A DNA stretch of 64,000 nt from Bdellovibrionota bacterium (GTDB lineage Bacteria; Bdellovibrionota_C; UBA2361; JBGSMV01). Positions 22,945-30,446 of this stretch are shown here, one piece after another. The notes beneath the pieces are model-generated. The model was not told where the DNA came from. It searched no databases and worked only from the letters and a program-made list of their open reading frames with translations. A program made the position numbers and the translations under genes. Numbering within the stretch: position 1 is the first letter of the stretch; every line of letters starts with the position of its first letter. The stretch lies in NCBI GenBank assembly GCA_041739995.1, contig JBGSMV010000008.1, positions 1 to 64,000 of the forward strand, written 5' to 3'.

Positions 22945-23367
22945 ATGAAAGCAATCTACCAATCGTATCTGAATTACTTTGGCTCTTTGACGCCTGAATC
23001 AGTGTCTCAGCTTGACGAGATAGCGAGCGAGAGCTTCCACTTCGTCGATCCCTTCAACGACGTGAGAAGTCGCAGTCAAGCCACCCATATTTTTTTGAAA
23101 ATGTTTAAAACCGTCAAAGATCCTAAGTTTCACTTCATTAATAGCCACGAGGAGAGCGGTACTTTATATGTTTTGTGGGACTTCACGTTCCGCAGCCGCC
23201 TTCTGCTTGGTGGGCCAGACCACATTTTGCGCGGCATGAGTGTAATTCAAGAACACAATGGCAAGATCATCGAGCACATCGATTATTGGGACTCAGGGAA
23301 GCATATTTACGCTAAAATACCGGTGCTTTCGTTAATTATAGGGATGCTGCGTAAAGTCCTTGGTTAG
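22945..23367 (+). CDS. SnoaL/NTF2-like protein (ORF open from 22792)
   Basis: FHFVDPFNDV, HIDYWDSG..IYAKIPVL; typical companion of SDR/DUF1365/cfa clusters. Confidence 0.85.
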   Translation: MKAIYQSYLNYFGSLTPESVSQLDEIASESFHFVDPFNDVRSRSQATHIFLKMFKTVKDPKFHFINSHEESGTLYVLWDFTFRSRLLLGGPDHILRGMSVIQEHNGKIIEHIDYWDSGKHIYAKIPVLSLIIGMLRKVLG

Positions 23368-23552
23368 TCGTTTCGCCCCTCTCCATCTCAATTAAAGCGG
23401 AGAAGGCTCAATTTTCATCTCACACGCTGGGGTGCGAGCCGCCCCAACCCTTCAAGTTCCTGGTTATCACAATAAAGTCGCGGAGATAGCTGAAGCTAGA
23501 CCTGCGAACGGTCCAGATCCTTTGGGTGGCCCTCTCTTTAATTCAGCATTTT

Positions 23553-23580
23553 TGTAAGGACAGTCCTTCAGCTTCGTCTC
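23553..23580 (+). promoter_or_regulatory. Putative ECF sigma promoter TGTAAG-N16-CGTCT
   Basis: GTAAG 23554-23558 and CGTCT 23575-23579, about 30 nt before ATG 23610; resembles the Neisseria sigmaE-type consensus. Confidence 0.55.
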
Positions 23581-23609
23581 ATGAGAGTAACTTAAAATAG
23601 GAGCAAAGT

Positions 23610-23852
23610 ATGAAGGCTGATTTCTCTTCCACAGTTATCCCAATGGAACAAACCAACTCGATGATTTCACTGGCAACTCTTCTGCATGTCTTGGGTTATC
23701 TGTCGATCCTTGGGTCCATTATGGCTTGGTACTTTGCTTCAGGATCCGGTTCCCCTGAAGCAGTGGCTCACGGCGAACGGTTTGGAATATTTGTCGGACT
23801 GTGGGCTCCGACCTTCTTCGTCCTCTCTATGAAGTCTCGGGAGAATCGCTAA
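23610..23852 (+). CDS. Small two-TM membrane protein
   Basis: AGGAG RBS; SILGSIMAW..HGERFGIFVGLWAPTFF motif of a small conserved membrane family. Confidence 0.7.
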   Translation: MKADFSSTVIPMEQTNSMISLATLLHVLGYLSILGSIMAWYFASGSGSPEAVAHGERFGIFVGLWAPTFFVLSMKSRENR

Positions 23853-23890
23853 GTAGCGGCTCTCGTAAAAGTTGCCAAGGAGCCTGCAAT

Positions 23891-24256
23891 ATGTACGACC
23901 TAGATCAGACATTCCTTGACGTAATCACACCGCGCACTTGGATGGAAACCCCTGAGCAAAGGCTGCTCTTTGCCATCCTCGAGAGGGCTGTTCGCGACAT
24001 CCTAGGGTCAAGGCCAGCAGAGGTCGCTGCAGCTGCTGATTGGCTCTTCGATGCAAGCGATGACCCAAGTAAGACTCCATTCTCATTCAATTGGGTATGC
24101 GAGCAAATTGGCGTAGAGCCTGACCGGTTCCTTCAAACACTTCAGCGGACTCGTGAACAGAAACTAAATCACAATGTCTGTGCAATTTTTGAGATTGAAT
24201 CCATAACGACGCAACACTTTCCGAATCAGGAACATTACCTCGAGAGTGCTGCATGA
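23891..24256 (+). CDS. Conserved hypothetical protein
   Basis: AAGGAG RBS; PEQRLLFAILERAVRD..AADWLF..PFSFNWVCEQIG pattern; stop overlaps the next ATG. Confidence 0.7.
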   Translation: MYDLDQTFLDVITPRTWMETPEQRLLFAILERAVRDILGSRPAEVAAAADWLFDASDDPSKTPFSFNWVCEQIGVEPDRFLQTLQRTREQKLNHNVCAIFEIESITTQHFPNQEHYLESAA

Positions 24257-25017
24257 CAAACGATAGGTTTGAAAGCCTTGAAGGCAAGCGTTTCGTGCTA
24301 GTAGGCGGAACCGGGGCAATCGGGTCCGCGCTCGCCACCAGACTCGCCGCAAGAGGGGCATCTTTAGTGCTGCTTGCTCGATCGGAAAACCGGCTGGGCG
24401 ATAAGACCTGTCCGGCAGGTGCAGAATCTGTATGCTTGGATGCCACCAAGCCAGATCAAGTGGACGCCGCATTCGAGCACATTTCATCAGGTGGCGATGT
24501 TCATGGTGTTGCCCACTTGGTAGGGTCCATTTTGCTTAGGCCGGCCCACCTCACTTCTAGTGAAGATTGGCACCGCACCTTGATGACCAACCTATATTCG
24601 GCATTCTATACCCTCAGAGCGGCGATTAAAGTTATTACTCGAGCGGGTGGCTCTATAGCCTTTGTTTCATCCGCGGCGGGCTCAGTCGGTCTTCCTAACC
24701 ATGAAGCCATATCTGCAGCAAAGGCGGGGCTCGAGGGACTAGTGCGCTCTTCAGCGGCGTCGTATGCCGCGAGCGGTATTCGAGTGAACGCAGTCTCTCC
24801 AGGGCTGGTGAAAACACCATTGTCAGAGCAGCTCCTTTCTAATCCTGCTGCCGAGCGAAATTCTACTAGCATGCATCCGCTTAAACGCCTCGGCGAGCCT
24901 GAGGACGTCGCGCGCGTTCTGGAGTTTTTACTGGATCCTGCGAATAGTTGGCTGACGGGCCAGATCATTGGTGTCGATGGTGGCTTGTCTTCTCTTCGCA
25001 CACGAACCGCTGCATAG
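24253..25017 (+). CDS. Short-chain dehydrogenase/reductase (atypical catalytic motif)
   Basis: GGTGAIG, HEAISAAKAG (Tyr replaced by Ile), IRVNAVSPGLVKTP, TGQIIGVDGG. Confidence 0.9.
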   Translation: MTNDRFESLEGKRFVLVGGTGAIGSALATRLAARGASLVLLARSENRLGDKTCPAGAESVCLDATKPDQVDAAFEHISSGGDVHGVAHLVGSILLRPAHLTSSEDWHRTLMTNLYSAFYTLRAAIKVITRAGGSIAFVSSAAGSVGLPNHEAISAAKAGLEGLVRSSAASYAASGIRVNAVSPGLVKTPLSEQLLSNPAAERNSTSMHPLKRLGEPEDVARVLEFLLDPANSWLTGQIIGVDGGLSSLRTRTAA

Positions 25018-25116
25018 AGCTCTGGGAGAATTCTCATCGAACGGTGACGGAATTAGTATCAGTCCCCCTAATCTCTCCCAGCGCTGAAGGGAGGGCAATA
25101 ACGACGACCCAACGGT

Positions 25117-25566
25117 ATGTTAGAGCTGCTTATACTCACTCAGATAGCTTCAACCTGGCTCATGGTAGGACTCATTTGGTTAGTTCAAATCGTGCACTAT
25201 CCGCTGCTGCTGCTGGTGGGAGACTCGCACTTTGCAACGTACCATCAACAGCACTGTGCGAGAATTGCTTGGATCGTCGGACCCGTGATGAGCGTTGAGA
25301 TGTGCGGCGCACTATTGCTCCTCATGATTCTCCCTTTCAACATTGGACTTTTTGGTGCATTTGGACTGCTCGTCACTGCATGGCTGTCGACCGCTTTCCT
25401 GCAGGTCGGACTGCACCATCGGTTATCATTGGCACCGCATGATGCTGCTTTGAAACCGCCACTGATTAACCGACTGGTGAAAACAAATTGGATACGCACT
25501 TTCTGCTGGTCTGCGCGTGGACTATTGATTTTGACGATCTTTGGCGCTGAACGCGTTGGGGTATAG
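25117..25566 (+). CDS. Conserved four-TM membrane protein
   Basis: MVGLIWLVQIVHYP, YHQQH, WLSTAFLQVGLH, LVKTNWIRT. Confidence 0.75.
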   Translation: MLELLILTQIASTWLMVGLIWLVQIVHYPLLLLVGDSHFATYHQQHCARIAWIVGPVMSVEMCGALLLLMILPFNIGLFGAFGLLVTAWLSTAFLQVGLHHRLSLAPHDAALKPPLINRLVKTNWIRTFCWSARGLLILTIFGAERVGV

Positions 25567-25643
25567 GTCGCAAAATCAAAAGCCCAACGGTCCGTTTCGG
25601 AGCACCCTTGATCCGAGGCGGAAAGTGGAAGAGGGCCTTCGGC

Positions 25644-25958
25644 TTATCGGGGCGAGGAATCAAGGGCCTTAGAAATCTTCTCTCTACAGGTGGGGGAGAG
25701 ACAGGGACCAGTATGGTCTTCAGCTACTACCTGGGTCAGGTCTCCGTGAGCTGCCTGATCTATCATTCGAATTTGACGATTGAATCGACGACACACCAGA
25801 CAAATTGCGTGATGAACCCTAAAGAAGAGTCTCTCCGAGAATCCGAGCTCGGAATCGAGTTGTTTCGACGCTAAGGCGGAGTAGCGCTTACAAGACAAGA
25901 AATTTACTGACCCTAGCCACTTCATAAAAAATCTAAGAATCCGATTTAATCCCGGCAT
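25644..25958 (-). CDS. Zinc-binding anti-sigma factor (ZAS, zf-HC2)
   Basis: LSCK..S..LD..L..ER..HHAICLVCRRF (HxxxCxxC); overlaps the sigma gene. Confidence 0.85.
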   Translation of the reverse strand: MPGLNRILRFFMKWLGSVNFLSCKRYSALASKQLDSELGFSERLFFRVHHAICLVCRRFNRQIRMIDQAAHGDLTQVVAEDHTGPCLSPTCREKISKALDSSPR

Positions 25959-26556
25959 TAATCCAGTTGCGTTCGATACAGTCCCTAAGCGCCATGCGCG
26001 TACGATGCATGGAGACCCATAAGTTAGACGAGCTCAGCCCTAAGATCTTACAAATTTCGTCACTTTCCACCCCGTCGAGCGTTCGTAGTACGAAAGCTCT
26101 TCGGCTGGCTTCTGGCAGCTTAGAGAGACACGAAGAAAGCGCTGCAAAGAACTGCTTGTTCTGAAAGTGCCGTTCTGGTTGAGAGGCCCAATCAGGCAAT
26201 ATCACATTCCAAAGTCCCATAAGATTGAACTTTCCATCCACAACTTCTGCGAGCTGGGCTGGATCTGACGGGGTAGTAGAACGGCACTCAGCACTACGAA
26301 AATAATCAATAATTTTGTTTTTAAGTATCTCTGCAAGCCAACTACGCTCAGAAGCCTGGCCCTTAAAACTATTCCAGGCCTTGATGGCCGATAGCAACGT
26401 ATCTTGGACCAAATCTTCCGCAAGAGAAGCACGCTTGACGCGCAGCAAGGCGAACCTAAACAAGAAATCACCGTGCGCTGATAGCCAATGCTCAGGACCG
26501 CTTTGTTTGCCGGCCTCAGTCGCAGTCGCCTTAATTTTAGGTGCGGGTAATGCCAC
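25933..26556 (-). CDS. ECF RNA polymerase sigma-70 factor (TIGR02943-like)
   Basis: AEDLVQDTLLSA, FKGQASERSWLAEILKNKIID, EICKILGLSSSNLWVSMHRTRMALRDCIE. Confidence 0.92.
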   Translation of the reverse strand: MALPAPKIKATATEAGKQSGPEHWLSAHGDFLFRFALLRVKRASLAEDLVQDTLLSAIKAWNSFKGQASERSWLAEILKNKIIDYFRSAECRSTTPSDPAQLAEVVDGKFNLMGLWNVILPDWASQPERHFQNKQFFAALSSCLSKLPEASRRAFVLRTLDGVESDEICKILGLSSSNLWVSMHRTRMALRDCIERNWINAGIKSDS

Positions 26557-26803
26557 TATGATGACCTGCCGTTATTGCCGTGAAGGTATCAAGTATTCGT
26601 CCAGAAATCCACGAAGCACGCCATTCGAGAAGATGCGCCGTCTTTAAATTCGCGGGAATGTTAAGGGAGCAAACTAGGTATCATTTGACGACACCCTTAG
26701 CGATTTTGGTCCTCTCTCAGATGCTCAAACTGAAACACGACGATAAAAGCACCACTCAGGTTATCACCTGAGGAGAAGACCGTCCTCTGCAGTCCCACTT
26801 GCC

Positions 26804-27898
26804 TCATTGGGAAAGCACCATCTCACCAAGCAGAGCATTGATAATTTCCTCAACCTCACGTGGGCTCAGCTTACTACCAACTCTACGAGGAGATCCTCCG
26901 ATGGTGTCTCCACCGCCCCAACATACTCCGCTGGCACTATCGAGGCCTTCGCGCTCATTGAGCACCGCGTATATCTTGGTAATAGGGAAAGGAATAAACG
27001 GTGACATTTTTCCGATCGAGTAATGATAACACCCATCACTCTCTTCAAGAATCGAGACAAAGGCATGTATGCCCTTAGCGAAAAGGCCAGTGCGCGCATA
27101 GAATCCTTGCTCGCGAATCAGGCCCCAATATTTTCCGCCGCCCACCACTTCCAGTCTGGTATCGAGCTCAACCTCTTGGCGTTCTCCAAGCGAATACCGA
27201 GAAATGCGAAGCCCAACTGCGTCTATCACGTTGGCCATCTCTGCGCCCTGCATAAGGCGAATTCTACCCGATACCCGAGCTTCCACGTAGGGCTCAAAAA
27301 TCCATGCCAGTTCTCGCATTAAGGAGGAATCCGGTTCAAAGGGGTATGCCCCGGCAGTGGTATCCAGTAAGTCCTCTGCAAACACAAGCTTACTAAGCGT
27401 CGGCTCGCTTCTTGTTCCAAGCACTCGCTCATGATTAGCAAGCAGCCACACCGCAAGGGCAGAATCCTGATCCGGGTCGTTCACAAACACGTGCAAGTTC
27501 AAAGATCCACCTTCTTTGAAGCGATCCATAAGGCGTTGCTTTATGGCGATCAATACTTGCCCCGCTGTTGAGCGCGTCGCGAGTCGGTCAACATCTTGGT
27601 GATGATTAAAGTTTGCGCAAAGATGTTCCTCGGAGAATTTCGGCGCTCCTCGTACCAAACCATCGAGCGCCACCGAGCCACGCGGCACAACTCGAAGAAA
27701 ATCTTCCCAACTGATCTCTTTGCCGGGACAGACATGCAAGTGGATCCCACGGGCCAGATGTGAAACATGCACATTACCAAGCAGTTCGGAGCCGGGTGAG
27801 GCTACGCCCGGTACCGCTGAAGGATTACGAAGCGGTCCGTTATTCAGACCCGAGGCTCCCTGAACAGGACGTTGCGATGGATCAGGAGACGTGTGCAT
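26804..27898 (-). CDS. Hypothetical protein, possible circularly permuted DHH-like phosphoesterase
   Basis: ALDG, FNHH, NDPDQDS, LLDT and WGGGDTIGGSPR motifs; Pro/Ser-rich N-terminus. Confidence 0.6.
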   Translation of the reverse strand: MHTSPDPSQRPVQGASGLNNGPLRNPSAVPGVASPGSELLGNVHVSHLARGIHLHVCPGKEISWEDFLRVVPRGSVALDGLVRGAPKFSEEHLCANFNHHQDVDRLATRSTAGQVLIAIKQRLMDRFKEGGSLNLHVFVNDPDQDSALAVWLLANHERVLGTRSEPTLSKLVFAEDLLDTTAGAYPFEPDSSLMRELAWIFEPYVEARVSGRIRLMQGAEMANVIDAVGLRISRYSLGERQEVELDTRLEVVGGGKYWGLIREQGFYARTGLFAKGIHAFVSILEESDGCYHYSIGKMSPFIPFPITKIYAVLNEREGLDSASGVCWGGGDTIGGSPRRVGSKLSPREVEEIINALLGEMVLSQ

Positions 27899-28005
27899 AG
27901 GAACTCACTTCTTTACAACAGACGGTCACCGTCACACTAATTCGAGGCTGGCCGCTAGGCGAACGAATTGGAAAATAGTTTATAACCCTCTGATTCCAGA
28001 GCGCT

Positions 28006-28091
28006 TTCCTAAGTCTCAGAGACCTTGGGAAGGCCTTTTGAAGAGGCCACTTCTTAGGTCTCAGGGACATTGGGAAGGCTTTAGGAGAGGC
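28006..28091. repeat. Imperfect ~42-bp tandem duplication with hairpin units at the GNAT gene 3' end
   Basis: TTCCTAAGTCTCAGAGACCTTGGGAAGGCC.. versus TTCTTAGGTCTCAGGGACATTGGGAAGGCT.. Confidence 0.6.
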
Positions 28092-28546
28092 ATGCTCATG
28101 ACTGAGACTGAGTGCCCAAGCCATTGCCGTTTCTCCAATAGCCTCCACCCCATGGCTTCATATGGCCGCTCCGATCTCCTGGTATAGAAATACGCTTCAG
28201 CCACTCCAGAACCCACGCAGTACTCACACATGGCACGATAGAGCCTTGGCAAGATGACGTTTCCGCGCCTCGAAGGCACCACATAGGCGTATCCAAACCA
28301 GGGATTGTACTGGGAGCGGTCGGGCATTTCGTCGAGAAATAGGCGCGCCGTACCAACAGGTTCACCCGACTCAAGCGCAACCAACGTGACAGGCAGGGCA
28401 CCCGGTTCAAGGATACTTTTCTGAAGCCATGCCAACTCCTCGTCGTACTTGGCCCCTTCGTCAGCAAATCCGTCGACAAACCACTGGGCCAGTAGCTCCG
28501 CCGTTCCGGACACGTCAGCACATTGTCGAAGATCGCAAATCTTCAT
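28061..28546 (-). CDS. GNAT family N-acetyltransferase (ORF open from 28630)
   Basis: LPVTLVALESGEPVGTA, YNPWFGYAYVVPSRRG, YEAMGW. Confidence 0.8.
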   Translation of the reverse strand: MKICDLRQCADVSGTAELLAQWFVDGFADEGAKYDEELAWLQKSILEPGALPVTLVALESGEPVGTARLFLDEMPDRSQYNPWFGYAYVVPSRRGNVILPRLYRAMCEYCVGSGVAEAYFYTRRSERPYEAMGWRLLEKRQWLGHSVSVMSMPLLKPSQCP

Positions 28547-28599
28547 ATTTGAATCATTGATCAGATATTTCAGGTGCCAGCGTGGTAGCGCCCTCGAGG

Positions 28600-30183
28600 T
28601 TACATTTCGAAGCCAAGCGTATCTCGCCAATAGCTCGGAGCGAAATCATGAAAATTCCGCATTCGATCAATTAGGACTGAGATGTCACTCACTACTATCT
28701 TGCCGTCTTCTCCTTGTACCGCTTTGACACCAAGCATCGGCAACACTCGCTCTATATAGGCCAAACGAACTGGATCGGATGGTATCGCATAGAAATCAAA
28801 TGTCTGCTGAATTAAACTCTGCACACGCTCCGAGAATTCCGGGGCAAGAAGAAGTTCAGCAAAGGTTTGACCTTCGACAGCGAAGGGCACTGCTCGAATC
28901 TCTGAGTTCTCAGCTCCAAAATCGGTATCCCCGTTGTGCCACTGACATACCGGTGCATGCCCCTTGCGCAAAGCGGCCCAACCCCGGCGATTATCAGTAT
29001 ACAGAATCGATGCAGCACCAGCACAACGAATAGCGATATGCTCGATAGCGCCAGAGCGCATATTATTGAGTGCGACGCCGAGTCCAACGTCTTCCGCCAT
29101 TTCGCTGCCTGGGTCATACCCGCCGATATCAGCATAACGACTCGTGCGAATCGCAAAATTCGCACCACCGCCTCCAATATTATCTGTGGTCGAATGGATA
29201 AACGAGTCCAGCGCCATAAAAAGCCTGGTTCCGAAAAGCAGCGCAGGATCCTTTAAGTATGAGGGCCAGTCCCAATCCAGCTTTCCCTTAAATGCATCCA
29301 CATTAGGGTGGCGATCGAACAGCTTTAGATAGTTTGCAATGTAACCGGGCTTTACTCCGTGCGTATCTGCATCCGTACGAATGAGACAATGCTCAGGTGC
29401 TTCTCGTCCGCGCCAATAGTGCCGCATGACCACTACATCATTTAGAAACTTACGGATGAGCCCTATTTTTGCATCGTCAGGATGCAAGACAGAATAGAAG
29501 GAGCGTACGCGTAGGTCAGGAAAGTCTTGGCTAAAGCGCACGACCTCATTAATAGTGCGGTCAGGGCCAATCGCGCTGCCATCTTTTTTGGCACTCGGAT
29601 GATTAAGAAACAGCACAATCTCAAAAGTATCGGGGCTCACGTCTTGCCGTGAAAATGCCTTTAGAGTGCGATAGATGTGTCGCTGTTCTTCATGGGCAGC
29701 CACAGGAATGCAAATAGTCGCCCTGCACTGAGGCTCCATCGGGGGCAGATTCCCAGCGGCAACGGTGACTGCCTCACGCTCACGAGGAGCCATGTCGCTC
29801 ACATAGGCATCCAGGCACGAATAGGGATCGCCGCGATTGTCTGCAGTAAGCTCCGTGACGGTCCCCTGCGCAATCGCCCTGTCGAATCTTTCCACGAAGG
29901 CGCGAACCTCAGGAGCGAGCCCATCACCAAGGCGTTTTCGAAGGGCAGCAGTCGCCGAAAGCAACTGAAACTCCTCAGACGTGAGTCGGACGGTCATTTC
30001 CACCATCCCATCGTCACCGACCCTGCCGGACTGCGTATCGATACTACCAAGCGGATTAGGCGGAGCGCATAACTCGCTGAGCTGAGGATCTGAGCCGAGA
30101 CCACCCGGGGGAAACATGCCGATCCCTCGCATATCGAGTACGGATTTGGGCGGAACCACGGGCACTTGAATTGGGTCAGGCAT
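28600..30183 (-). CDS. GT2-like (GT-A fold) glycosyltransferase with N-terminal extension
   Basis: ATICIPVAAHEE, FEIVLFLN, DxD motif RTDADT, GANFAIR..Y..IGGYD, AEDVGLG. Confidence 0.72.
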   Translation of the reverse strand: MPDPIQVPVVPPKSVLDMRGIGMFPPGGLGSDPQLSELCAPPNPLGSIDTQSGRVGDDGMVEMTVRLTSEEFQLLSATAALRKRLGDGLAPEVRAFVERFDRAIAQGTVTELTADNRGDPYSCLDAYVSDMAPREREAVTVAAGNLPPMEPQCRATICIPVAAHEEQRHIYRTLKAFSRQDVSPDTFEIVLFLNHPSAKKDGSAIGPDRTINEVVRFSQDFPDLRVRSFYSVLHPDDAKIGLIRKFLNDVVVMRHYWRGREAPEHCLIRTDADTHGVKPGYIANYLKLFDRHPNVDAFKGKLDWDWPSYLKDPALLFGTRLFMALDSFIHSTTDNIGGGGANFAIRTSRYADIGGYDPGSEMAEDVGLGVALNNMRSGAIEHIAIRCAGAASILYTDNRRGWAALRKGHAPVCQWHNGDTDFGAENSEIRAVPFAVEGQTFAELLLAPEFSERVQSLIQQTFDFYAIPSDPVRLAYIERVLPMLGVKAVQGEDGKIVVSDISVLIDRMRNFHDFAPSYWRDTLGFEM

Positions 30184-30268
30184 TAGAATCTCCCTCTGCT
30201 ATGGGCCATTAAGAGTAGGGGCTTCGAAGACGCTAATCAAACCCACTTGAATTCGCTTATGATGCGAG

Positions 30269-30446
30269 GAGTCCGTGACATAGGGGTGATACGGGCAGTC
30301 CGCCTTCGCCTAGACTGTCTTCTGCATTGCGCATACTCGAGATAGCTTCCCCCTCCGCTTCCTCTTTCGCCAACGCTACGGAGGACAAGAAAGCTTCGGG
30401 GGACAAGTAGGCGGGACGTCGTCGTCTGTGCCTGTGTCACAGACTC
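30269..30446 (-). mobile_element. MITE-like repeat element, copy 2 (contains a nested 30-nt unit)
   Basis: Ends GAGTCCGTGACATAG...CTGTGTCACAGACTC, flanked by CGAG and CTAG; reverse orientation relative to copies 1 and 3. Confidence 0.82.

Noticed and set aside
25864..25891. TGTAAG-N16-CGTCG on the minus strand inside the anti-sigma gene
   Set aside because: Explained by the Cys-Lys...Ala-Ser codons, and it would point antisense into the neighbouring operon; probably coincidental.
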